A DNA stretch of 32,323 bases from Oscillospiraceae bacterium (GCA_031253365.1 JAIRWE010000107.1:1-32323); one strand, 5' to 3'; shown: positions 24,156-32,323, counted from the stretch's first letter. The notes: generated by a model from the sequence alone, not told the origin. Numbers and translations: made by a program.

Positions 24156-25217
24156 TCAGGAGTACCCGACCACTTCAAAACCCTGTTCCGCCGCCCAATA
24201 AGCCGCGTAGGAACCCTCCGCGCATTTTACGGATTTAAGGTTCACGCAGCCCTCAAAAGCGTCGTCCGCGATAAACGTAATCCCTTCCGGCAAGCTTATA
24301 TCGGTAAGGCTTTCGCACCCCGCGAAGGTCTTGCCGTTTATCCCGACAATTCCGGCGGGCAGCGAAATCCTTTCCAGAGAGCGGCAGCCGCGAAACGCGT
24401 GCGTACCGATATATTCAAGCGAAAGCGGCGGGTTTATATCTTCAAGCGAGCAACACCCGACGAACGCGTGCGTCTTTATTTCTCTTATCGTTTCGGGAAG
24501 AAAAACGCGCTTTAACCGGGCGCAGTCTTTGAACGTGAATTTTTCGATAACCGTCAGCCCGTTAAGAACCTCTACGCTTTCTATGTACCCGCACTCCGCG
24601 AACGCCTGCGCGTCCGCGGCGGCGACCCGCTTATTATTTACATATTGCGGCATTTTATGAACGGTTTCTTCGCCTATATACTTTTTGAGGATAATCCCGC
24701 CCACGCAAGGCTCATAGTCGTAGATTAAATTCTCTCCGCAGCCGTTTTGCTTCGCCCAGCTCAGCGCGTATGAATTTCTCGGACATCTTATCGAGGCGAG
24801 CGCGGGGCATTTATTAAAGACGTTATAGCCTATTTCGACAAGGCTTTCGGGTAAAATAACGCGCTCCAACTTCGCGCAACCGTAAAACGCGGCGTTACCG
24901 AGTTTAAGCGTTTTATCGGGAATCCTTATCCGCGCCAGCTCCGAACACCCCAAAAAGGCTTGCGCGCCGACGCGTTCCAGCCCCTGGGAGAGTTTCACCG
25001 CGCTAATCGCGCTGTTTGAAAACGCGCCGTCCTCTATTTCCTTTACGCTGTCCGGCAGGCTCAAACGTCTGACGGTTTTATTTTCCCGGAAAGCGCCGCC
25101 GCCGATTGCCGCGACGACCCCTCCCCCTATCCGCTCGGGGATATAAAGCGTTTCCTCGCCGCCGTTACAGCGGGTAATGACGACGCCCTTCGCGTGTTCC
25201 GAATATTCGTAAATCAT
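24156..25217 (-). CDS. BspA/TpLRR-type (LRR_5) leucine-rich repeat protein, two tandem capped modules
   Basis: Repeated C.xL.xI.LP..L..IG..AF units. Start taken as ATG 25217 (MIYEYSEH), because the longer ORF overlaps the GH5 gene. Confidence 0.88.
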   Translation of the reverse strand: MIYEYSEHAKGVVITRCNGGEETLYIPERIGGGVVAAIGGGAFRENKTVRRLSLPDSVKEIEDGAFSNSAISAVKLSQGLERVGAQAFLGCSELARIRIPDKTLKLGNAAFYGCAKLERVILPESLVEIGYNVFNKCPALASIRCPRNSYALSWAKQNGCGENLIYDYEPCVGGIILKKYIGEETVHKMPQYVNNKRVAAADAQAFAECGYIESVEVLNGLTVIEKFTFKDCARLKRVFLPETIREIKTHAFVGCCSLEDINPPLSLEYIGTHAFRGCRSLERISLPAGIVGINGKTFAGCESLTDISLPEGITFIADDAFEGCVNLKSVKCAEGSYAAYWAAEQGFEVVGYS

Positions 25218-25228
25218 TAGGCTTCCGT

Positions 25229-26410
25229 TTACTTTCCCAAAATCGCGTCTTTTATTTCGGGGAAAGACCAGCTCAATTCGCGCCTGTTGAACAATCCGAA
25301 CAGTTCGCCGCCGCCCGAAACCAAGCCGTTGTCCCACCAAAAACAGGGAATACCGTATTCGCGCCCTTTCCCGAAATAATACTTCGCCCAGTTTGTGCGG
25401 GCTTCGAGATTATCCTTGTTAAGCGCGCCGGTTTCCCCGATAATGACGGCGACCCCCTTATCCGTGAACACCTCTTTTATCCCGTCGAACAATTCGTTAA
25501 TGGAGCGCGTGCTGCCCTCTTTTTCCAAAAGCCATTTCGCTCCGCCCGGCATTTTCAGCGCGAAAGAATACGGCAAGTAGGCGTGAACGGACACAATCAG
25601 TTTATCGTCGTTTTCGGGCAGTTCAAGGCTCTCGAAAATCCATTGCCCGTCGCCCGTTTTATCAGCCGAAGCGGCGTAACCCGTCACCATAAGATGCCTC
25701 AGCTTGTTGTTCCCGCCCGACCCGCGCACGGTCTTGACGAAGGCGGCGTTAAGGCGGTTGACCACCATTCGCGATTCCTCCGTGCCGCCGTTCCACTCAT
25801 ACCGCGTGCCGTGCAGTCTGGGTTCGTTCATTCCCTCGAAAATAAGTTTCTCGTTATAATCGGCAAACCGCGCCGAAATTTGCCTCCACAGCGCGGTAAG
25901 CTGTTTGGTGTTTTCCGCCTCGTTTTCTTCGTCGGGGAAAAGCCAGCTTTCGTGGTGGGTATTAAGAATACAGTACAAGCCGTTGTCAAGGACGTACCCC
26001 ACGACCTCTTCCACCCTGTCCATCCAAGCGGAATCGACTTCATAATCGGGGGCGCCGCCCAGATGTTTCCCCCATGAAACAGGCAGACGCACCGCGTCGA
26101 AGCCCGCTTTCTTAATCTCTTCAATCATCTCGAAAGTCGTTTTCGGGTTCCCCCACGAAAGCTCGGAATTCAAGCCCTCGCCGGAAGTGGCGTCCAAAGT
26201 GTTCCCCAAATTCCATCCCGCCTTGATTTCTTTGATAAGCTCCGTCGAAGGGATATTCCGCATTTTTTGCGAATCCGCGCCGCCCGACGCATCCCCCGCG
26301 GGCGCGCAGGCGGACGTTCCCGCCATAATCGCGAAAGACAGGACGACCGCGAAAAATTCGCGAAATTTTACCCGGAACCTTTTCGGCGCGGTGTTATCGA
26401 AGGCTGTCAT
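25229..26410 (-). CDS. GH5 endoglucanase (subfamily 4-like), predicted lipoprotein
   Basis: GWNLGNTLDA, VRLPVSW, ILNTHHE, FEGMNEPR (acid/base), SVHAY, IIGETG (nucleophile), WWDNG. Hydrophobic leader ends in TSA-C lipobox. Confidence 0.92.
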   Translation of the reverse strand: MTAFDNTAPKRFRVKFREFFAVVLSFAIMAGTSACAPAGDASGGADSQKMRNIPSTELIKEIKAGWNLGNTLDATSGEGLNSELSWGNPKTTFEMIEEIKKAGFDAVRLPVSWGKHLGGAPDYEVDSAWMDRVEEVVGYVLDNGLYCILNTHHESWLFPDEENEAENTKQLTALWRQISARFADYNEKLIFEGMNEPRLHGTRYEWNGGTEESRMVVNRLNAAFVKTVRGSGGNNKLRHLMVTGYAASADKTGDGQWIFESLELPENDDKLIVSVHAYLPYSFALKMPGGAKWLLEKEGSTRSINELFDGIKEVFTDKGVAVIIGETGALNKDNLEARTNWAKYYFGKGREYGIPCFWWDNGLVSGGGELFGLFNRRELSWSFPEIKDAILGK

Positions 26411-26413
26411 AAC

Positions 26414-27274
26414 TCATCCCTCATAAGTGTAAATTTTTACGCTTTCTATGATAATATCACTGACGGGTTTGCTTTTTTCGCTGTTCGGATTATCCGGGTC
26501 GGAAAGCGCGACTTTTGCCGCCGAAACGGCGTCCAGCACGTCGAAGCCTTGAATTGTCTGTCCGAACACGGTATAACCGCCGTCCAGCGACGGCGTTCCG
26601 CCGCTCTTGTATTTTTCGATAATCTCGTCGCTCAGATTTTCGCGGAATTTTGTCATGCCGTTATAAGTGTTGATATTGCTGTTGTAAATCAACTCATAAT
26701 ACTTCAATGTTTCCGCGTCCATTTCCGAACGGTACTTGTCTATGACCGCCCTCGCGTTGTCGGCTTCGTTTTTGTAATAATCCGCGTTTACGTCGGCGGG
26801 CTCTCTCCGTTCGGTGTTGTTTACTATATAAAACTGCTGGGAATTGCGCCCCAACGAGTTTGCCATGCACAAAGCCCCGTAAAAATGCCGCGCGTTATAC
26901 GCCCTTTCGACGGCGAAGGTTTTTTCGTTAGGGTCGGACATTCCGTCGCCGTTGGGGGAACCGCCCTGAATCATAAACCCCTCGACAACGCGGTGAAATT
27001 TCTTCCCGTTATAGTACCCGCTTTCGGCTAAATCAACGAAATTTTCCACCGCGACGGGGGCGCATTCCGGCAGCAGTTTAATCCGTATATCCCCGTAATC
27101 GCGTATGCTTATATCGGCGTATTTGTCGCCTTTTTCAAGTTTAACCGCGCCTGTGTTTCCGCCGCTCAAATCGGTGACGCCGATAAGGGGAACTTCCGCC
27201 GGCGCGCACGCCGCCGAAACGAACGCCGAAACGAGCGTCGCGGCGATTGCGGAAACCGCCTTCACTTTTTTCAT
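26414..27274 (-). CDS. Cyclophilin-type peptidyl-prolyl isomerase, predicted lipoprotein
   Basis: APVAVENF, FHRVVEGFMIQGG, GALCMAN, QFYIV, LDGGYTVFGQ. MKK leader with hydrophobic stretch ending in SAA-C. Confidence 0.92.
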   Translation of the reverse strand: MKKVKAVSAIAATLVSAFVSAACAPAEVPLIGVTDLSGGNTGAVKLEKGDKYADISIRDYGDIRIKLLPECAPVAVENFVDLAESGYYNGKKFHRVVEGFMIQGGSPNGDGMSDPNEKTFAVERAYNARHFYGALCMANSLGRNSQQFYIVNNTERREPADVNADYYKNEADNARAVIDKYRSEMDAETLKYYELIYNSNINTYNGMTKFRENLSDEIIEKYKSGGTPSLDGGYTVFGQTIQGFDVLDAVSAAKVALSDPDNPNSEKSKPVSDIIIESVKIYTYEG

Positions 27275-27284
27275 AACCCGTCCT

Positions 27285-27611
27285 TTACTCGTCGTGAACC
27301 GTTCTGTTTTCGACTATATACGCTTTCAGGATTCTTATCCTCGTGCGGTTGCCGCCCGTTTCAAGCACCACCGTGTCGGTATCGGGTTTAATATCGATGA
27401 CTCTGCCGATTATCCCGCCGGCGGTAACAACCTCGTCGGCTATCTGAATACTTTCGAGCATTTCCTTCGCGCGTTTTTTTCGTTTACCTTCGGGGCGAAT
27501 GAGCAGGAAATAGAAAAGCGCAATCATAACCCCGAAAGACAACAACAACGAAAGCATGGCGCCCCCTCCGTCGCCTTCCGCCCCCGCGGCAGCCAAAATC
27601 AAATATTCCAT
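27285..27611 (-). CDS. yajC: Preprotein translocase subunit YajC
   Basis: TM followed by FYFLLIRP.xKR.K...DEVVTAGGIIGRV. 108 aa, SD AAGGAG. Confidence 0.92.
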   Translation of the reverse strand: MEYLILAAAGAEGDGGGAMLSLLLSFGVMIALFYFLLIRPEGKRKKRAKEMLESIQIADEVVTAGGIIGRVIDIKPDTDTVVLETGGNRTRIRILKAYIVENRTVHDE

Positions 27612-27638
27612 GTTTTTCTCCTTTTTTTATTCTTTGTT

Positions 27639-28868
27639 TTATCTTATTATATAGTTATCGTATCCCATTTGGGAAAACGCCGAAACGACCTTTTCAATAT
27701 CGCTTTCGGACAGCCCCGAAACATCCGCGCAGGGAATTATTTCGAGCTCGCCCGTTTGTCTGGCAACCTTGTCGAACACGCTTTTGACAAGCTCCGAAAG
27801 CTCTTCCGGCGTCGAAACGTCGCCGCCTGTCGCCGCCGTTTCCGATACGGCGCGGTTGAATATCAAAATCGCCCTTCTCGCGGAAAGCGAATTTTTGGCG
27901 CGGAGAATTTCAGCCGTTCCCGTCAGACCGCCGCCGTTTATGACGTCGCCCACCGATATTTCAAGGATAACGTCCGCGTCGGGCGACTTTTTTGAAACTT
28001 CGTTTATTAAATCCGCCAAAGCGGAATACCTGGTTTTTTCGTTCGTTACTTTCGAGGGGAGGATTGTCAAATCATAGGCTCTGAAATTCGGGAACACCAC
28101 GTTCGCGAAGATAATATCGACAAATCCCGCCTCATAAAGCTCGGCGGTTATCTTTGAAATATACGCCTTCGTCCCCGATAAAAACGGGTTAGCCCACGGC
28201 TTCCCGCCGTTTTCCCACCGGTCGTCCAACCAAGCGTAACTTTCGTCGGCGAACCGATACGACACATCTTTTATTTTTTCGGGGGCAATCTTGTCTTTAA
28301 GTGTGCTTATACGCGCGATGGGCTTGATTCCCGCGTTGGAAAAGCCCTCGGCGATTTGCTTCGCCGTGAGGTTCCCCGCGACTATATCCTCGTCGTCCGC
28401 TATATCGGGAATGTTGCTTTTATAGAGCAGCTTCCCCTCCTCGTCTTTCATCTCCACGACGACCGCCTCATAGCCTTCGGATTTGGCTTCCTCAATGAAC
28501 GTTGAAAGCGACGCGAAACTCGCTAAAATATTGGCGCGGGCGTAAATCGTTTTGCCGATGGGTTCGGAAGGCTTGGGCTTCGGTTCGCTCCCGGCGGAAT
28601 CCGTCGGTTCCGCGCTTTGCTCCGAGCTTTCGCTGTCACTTTCGCTCTCACTCGGTTCGGGCGGAGGGTTATAATCGGAAACGTCCTCCGTGCCGCCGCC
28701 CCCCTCGTAATTGAACACCGTGTCCGCGATGGTATAGCCGACAAAAACCAACGCCGCGACGACCGCCGCCATTACGGAAAATTCGGCGATTACTTTGAAT
28801 TTGCTTTTCTTCTTTTTATAGAGGTTTTTTGAACGTATTACCTTCCTCCCGTAACCTCGCTTTGACAT
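27639..28868 (-). CDS. Membrane-anchored putative glycoside-hydrolase-fold protein (DUF4015-like)
   Basis: Basic N-terminus, one TM, S/E/P-rich linker, then AVVVEMKDEEGKLLY, GIKPIARISTLKD, WANP and AGFVDIIFANVVFP. These resemble DUF4015/GH-like TIM-barrel motifs (recognised from memory, not searched). Confidence 0.6.
   Translation of the reverse strand: MSKRGYGRKVIRSKNLYKKKKSKFKVIAEFSVMAAVVAALVFVGYTIADTVFNYEGGGGTEDVSDYNPPPEPSESESDSESSEQSAEPTDSAGSEPKPKPSEPIGKTIYARANILASFASLSTFIEEAKSEGYEAVVVEMKDEEGKLLYKSNIPDIADDEDIVAGNLTAKQIAEGFSNAGIKPIARISTLKDKIAPEKIKDVSYRFADESYAWLDDRWENGGKPWANPFLSGTKAYISKITAELYEAGFVDIIFANVVFPNFRAYDLTILPSKVTNEKTRYSALADLINEVSKKSPDADVILEISVGDVINGGGLTGTAEILRAKNSLSARRAILIFNRAVSETAATGGDVSTPEELSELVKSVFDKVARQTGELEIIPCADVSGLSESDIEKVVSAFSQMGYDNYIIR
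27646..27675 (-). promoter_or_regulatory. Possible internal promoter upstream of yajC
   Basis: TTCCCA (27675-27670), 18 bp spacer, TATAAT (27651-27646), inside the last codons of the upstream gene. Confidence 0.4.
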
Positions 28869-28913
28869 ACCTTATCTCTCCCGTAAACCGTCGCTTGCCG
28901 CCGCCGTCGGCGA

Positions 28914-29501
28914 CTAAATGGACGCCGAATAGCCGACAAACGCGTGCAGCGCCAGCGAAAGAATCCCGATATAAATTACCATAATCGGCATACCCCTGAA
29001 AGCCAACGGAACCAACTCGCTGTTAAGGCGCGGGTGCGCCACGTAAAGCAGGAACCCCGCCACCAAAAACCCCAATCCCGTTCCCAGACCGTATCCGAGA
29101 TAACCCGGCAAACCCGAACCGGACTGCGAACTTATGAACAGCGCGCCCAAAACGGCGCAGTTAAAAACCGTAAGGTGAACGAACTTTTTGATTTTCTTGA
29201 AAAGGTTATGGAAAAATCGCCATACCGCTATAAGGCTTGATAAATACAGCACCCCGATAATCAATATATACAACGCCGGCGCCAACGCCGCGTAATACTC
29301 GTGACCCCCGTAAGCCCTGTCCAATCCCCACGCCGCGATTGAGGACAGCGTCGTTATGTAACACAACCCCAGCGTGAATCCGATTACGCTTGAACGTTTA
29401 CGTGCCGCGTAAATCAATATGTTTATTCCGAGCGCTCTCTCGAAAATCGAGTTTTGCAAAAAAATCGAAAGCAGAGCCGCCGACATGAAACTCGCCAACA
29501 T
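28914..29501 (-). CDS. RnfA/NqrE-like integral membrane protein (degenerate)
   Basis: About 6 TMs. QNSIFERALG, TVFNCAVLGA, YGLGTGLGF and RL...VPLAFRGMPIMVIYIGILSLA match the RnfA pattern. Start overlaps the upstream stop (TAATG). Confidence 0.8.
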   Translation of the reverse strand: MLASFMSAALLSIFLQNSIFERALGINILIYAARKRSSVIGFTLGLCYITTLSSIAAWGLDRAYGGHEYYAALAPALYILIIGVLYLSSLIAVWRFFHNLFKKIKKFVHLTVFNCAVLGALFISSQSGSGLPGYLGYGLGTGLGFLVAGFLLYVAHPRLNSELVPLAFRGMPIMVIYIGILSLALHAFVGYSASI

Positions 29502-30160
29502 TATTGAATTACCTCCTTTATGAACTCCTGGCGCTGTTTTTCTTTTTCGGCTTTTTCGGTTCTTTTCCTTTTGTGGCTGTTATAAGCGGCGCGGCACATT
29601 CCCGCCGCCGCGCCCGTGATAATCAGCCCGCCGAACGTGGTTTCAAAAGCGGGGATATAAAACCCCGCGTTCAAATTCATCCAGCCCACCCTGCCGTTCA
29701 CCATAATGTCGCGCAGCGTTCCCACCAGAATACATACTATGTCAAAACCGACGATATACCCCAAAAGCTCTATTGTCATCAAATGGGGCGGGCGCAGACA
29801 AAATCTTGTTTCGGTTTTGGTGAGGATAAGCGGGTTCACCGCCAGTATGGGAAGATATAATCCCAATTCCGCCGTCGCCGCTTCCCCGAATACGGCATTC
29901 AGCGCGAAATACGCGGGAATGTAAACCAGCCCCGCTATCAGCGCGTAAATTATCACGCGGATGGTGTAAACGATTCTCTTCGGAATAAACCGGCATAATA
30001 AAACGCTGAAAAACGCGATAATCGTAAAACCCAGACTGAGCGACAGACTTTTTTCAAAATCCGTGGCGCACGCCGCCACGGGAGTTATGGCGATTCCGCT
30101 CATCAAAACGATATTCTGACGCACCAGCCCGTCCGAAAGCCGCTGTTTATTTTTCTCCAT
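29501..30160 (-). CDS. RnfE/NqrD-like integral membrane protein (degenerate)
   Basis: GLVRQNIVL, RFIPKRI, LGLYLPILAVN, ILVGTLRDIMVNG and FGGLII follow the RnfE pattern. ATG 30160 overlaps the end of the rnfD-like gene. Confidence 0.78.
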   Translation of the reverse strand: MEKNKQRLSDGLVRQNIVLMSGIAITPVAACATDFEKSLSLSLGFTIIAFFSVLLCRFIPKRIVYTIRVIIYALIAGLVYIPAYFALNAVFGEAATAELGLYLPILAVNPLILTKTETRFCLRPPHLMTIELLGYIVGFDIVCILVGTLRDIMVNGRVGWMNLNAGFYIPAFETTFGGLIITGAAAGMCRAAYNSHKRKRTEKAEKEKQRQEFIKEVIQ

Positions 30161-31667
30161 CTTCCGAAGCCTCCAACACTTTCGCGTCATTAACCGTCGG
30201 CTCTTCCGCTTCGATTATTTTCGGTTCCTCTTTGTCGGGCGAACCTATCACGACGACGTCGTCGTCGTCAAGGAGCAAAGACAGCTTCAAAGGGGTAAGG
30301 TCGTCGCCGGGCTCCGGCGGTTCGGGCGCGTCCTCTTTTTTCCCGGAAATCTCGCCCGGTTCTTTTTTCTTGAAGGTTTCGCTCAGTTCTTTCACTCCGT
30401 CGCGCAGATTTTCAAAGAAATTTATATCGGCGGCTTCTTCCTTTTCTCTCTCTTTTAATTTTTTCTTCTCCGCCATAATCCCGATTTTTTCTTCAAATTT
30501 TATCAAAAGACCCTGATTTTTCCTTTTTATCTTAACCACCCTGTTATCGATGGGAGGCATATTGTAATTTTGCCTGACAATCGCTATTTCCTGCGTATCG
30601 GAAAGACCGGGGCGCATTTTCGCCTCGTCGCCCCTTTTGGCTTTTTCCCTTATCCTCTCATAGGAGTTCAGCCTGTTTTTGACGAAAACCGCCGCGTACT
30701 TTATTCCGCTGATTGTCTGCCCCGCGAGAATGTCGGAACGCTCCGTCATGGTATTCACGAAAAGCAGGGCGAACGCGGGCGAACCGTCCACCTTTCCGTA
30801 TGTGCGGAAAAAGGCGACGGAGGAACCCAAGAGAACGCCGTAATAAATTTTCCCCAAAAATGTTTTCGGAAGGGTTTGAGGGTCGTTCGCGAGAAACACC
30901 AATATGAACAAAAAATACCCCGAAACCATCATTGAGAGCGTGGAATTTATAATTCCCCTCTCGTCGGTCAAAACCCCCGAGAACAGCATATTCACGAAAA
31001 GCGCGGGAAGCGTCACCGTCGGCGACACCGAACGCCTTAGCATAAGGCAGAAAGCGCAAACCAGAATCACAAGAATATGCACCGTCCCCATCGCCCCCAT
31101 GAAATTGCCCATGAGGACGTCGAACGGCTCCGTCACGCGGTTGGGGTCAAAACTCGAAAGCGAAATGGAATCAATCTTCCCGAAAACGGGGAGGTGTTCC
31201 CGCGGTTTCGGAAACAGCAACATTCTCCCCGGATAGCATATAATCAGAAAAGCGAACACCACGGCGGTCGGGTTGAATATATAATTGTTCTTGCCGCCGA
31301 AAATATGCTTGATTCCTATTGTCAGCGCCGAACCGAAAAACACCGTGGAATAGTTTACCCCCGACGGCATGAGCAGCGCGATGCACATTCCCGCCGTTAT
31401 CGTGGAAAGGTCTTTCGGATTGTATATCTTTTTTGAAAGCGCGCAGCCCGCGATGTCCATCAAAATCGCGCCCAACGCCGAAACCGCCATCATAACGGCG
31501 GCGCGGGGACCGCTGTTCCAAAACGCGATAACCGCCAGCGCGAGAAGACACAAAAGCTGCTCGGAATAAACCTGCGACGGCTTTATTCCCTTTTTTACGC
31601 CCGTGTTTTCCGACTTGACGGAGTTTTCGCCGTCGTAATCAAACTTTTCTATTATATCCTTATCCAC
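30147..31667 (-). CDS. RnfD/NqrB-like integral membrane protein (degenerate) with long charged C-terminal tail
   Basis: DLSTITAGMCIALLMP, KHIFGGKNNYIFNP, LMGNFMGAMG, FLANDPQTLPKT..GKIYYG and FALLFVN match the RnfD pattern. GTG start behind SD GGAGG. Confidence 0.82.
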   Translation of the reverse strand: MDKDIIEKFDYDGENSVKSENTGVKKGIKPSQVYSEQLLCLLALAVIAFWNSGPRAAVMMAVSALGAILMDIAGCALSKKIYNPKDLSTITAGMCIALLMPSGVNYSTVFFGSALTIGIKHIFGGKNNYIFNPTAVVFAFLIICYPGRMLLFPKPREHLPVFGKIDSISLSSFDPNRVTEPFDVLMGNFMGAMGTVHILVILVCAFCLMLRRSVSPTVTLPALFVNMLFSGVLTDERGIINSTLSMMVSGYFLFILVFLANDPQTLPKTFLGKIYYGVLLGSSVAFFRTYGKVDGSPAFALLFVNTMTERSDILAGQTISGIKYAAVFVKNRLNSYERIREKAKRGDEAKMRPGLSDTQEIAIVRQNYNMPPIDNRVVKIKRKNQGLLIKFEEKIGIMAEKKKLKEREKEEAADINFFENLRDGVKELSETFKKKEPGEISGKKEDAPEPPEPGDDLTPLKLSLLLDDDDVVVIGSPDKEEPKIIEAEEPTVNDAKVLEASEDGEK

Positions 31668-31700
31668 AGGCAGCCTCCGAAACCCCTTCGAAAAAGTTTC

Positions 31701-32323
31701 TTACGCCCCGCGCAATTCCGCAACGGCTTTCGCCATATCCGGCGAGGCAAACAGATGCGTTCCCGCGGTGAGGATGTTCGCACCCGCCTTAACGGCCAAG
31801 GGCGCGGTTTTTCCGTTAATTCCGCCGTCGACCTGTATGTCGGTGTTCAAACCCTTTTCGTTCAGGGCGGCGCGAAGCGCGGCGATTTTATCCGCCGTTT
31901 CCGGAATAAAGCTCTGACCGCCGTAACCCGGGTCCACGGCCATCACGAGGAACATATCCGCCAAGCCGACGTAAGGGAGCGCCTCTTCAAAACCGGTTTC
32001 CGGACTTAACGCCAAACCCGCTTTAATGCCCAAACTCTTGATTTTTTTCAACGCTTCGGAAATATCGCAATTACTCTCCGCGTGAACGGAGATAATATCG
32101 CTTCCCGCCGCCGCGAAAAAAGGGATAACCCTTTCGGGTTCGATAACCATGAGATGCGTGTCGAAAATAAGAAAACTTTTCTTCCTGAGCGACCTGATTA
32201 CAATATCGCCGATAGTCATGGGCGGCACAAAAATACCGTCCATAACGTCAATGTGAAGCAAATCCGCCCCCGCCTCCCCGGCGCGATTGACCTCGTCGCC
32301 GAGCGCTGCAAGGTCGGAATTTA
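31701..32323 (-). CDS. rpe: Ribulose-phosphate 3-epimerase (5' end beyond the window)
   Basis: Frame is open to the right edge (NSDLAALGDEV...). HIDVMDGIFVP, FDTHLMV, VMAVDPGYGGQ, IQVDGGIN. Confidence 0.96.
   Translation of the reverse strand, partial: NSDLAALGDEVNRAGEAGADLLHIDVMDGIFVPPMTIGDIVIRSLRKKSFLIFDTHLMVIEPERVIPFFAAAGSDIISVHAESNCDISEALKKIKSLGIKAGLALSPETGFEEALPYVGLADMFLVMAVDPGYGGQSFIPETADKIAALRAALNEKGLNTDIQVDGGINGKTAPLAVKAGANILTAGTHLFASPDMAKAVAELRGA

Overview
32.3 kb of core chromosome from a Clostridia-class Firmicute, most like Oscillospiraceae/Ruminococcus by protein style (judged by eye, not by search). Almost all genes are on the minus strand. In transcription order: rpe (partial), rnfD-, rnfE- and rnfA-like genes, a membrane-anchored DUF4015-like GH-fold protein, yajC, a lipoprotein cyclophilin, a lipoprotein GH5 endoglucanase, a BspA-type LRR protein and an ABC ATPase/permease. 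Then a Cache-GAF-PAS hybrid histidine kinase broken by one in-frame TAA, rpoB, rpoC, rpsL, rpsG, fusA, tuf, a GH9-CBM3c cellulase, a HAD hydrolase (+ strand), ligA, and the rrn promoter/leader with the 5' end of 16S rRNA. No mobile elements, CRISPR arrays or tRNAs were seen. The best candidate for an undescribed system is the Rnf D/E/A-like membrane trio. It lacks RnfC/G/B, the RnfD FMN-attachment motif and three of four RnfA/E Fe-S cysteines, and sits in an envelope/cellulase gene run. Other notable points: a ~120 aa insertion in RpoC resembling a diverged tandem duplication, an EF-Tu with substitutions in the aminoacyl pocket, and two surface-tethered cellulases without dockerins.
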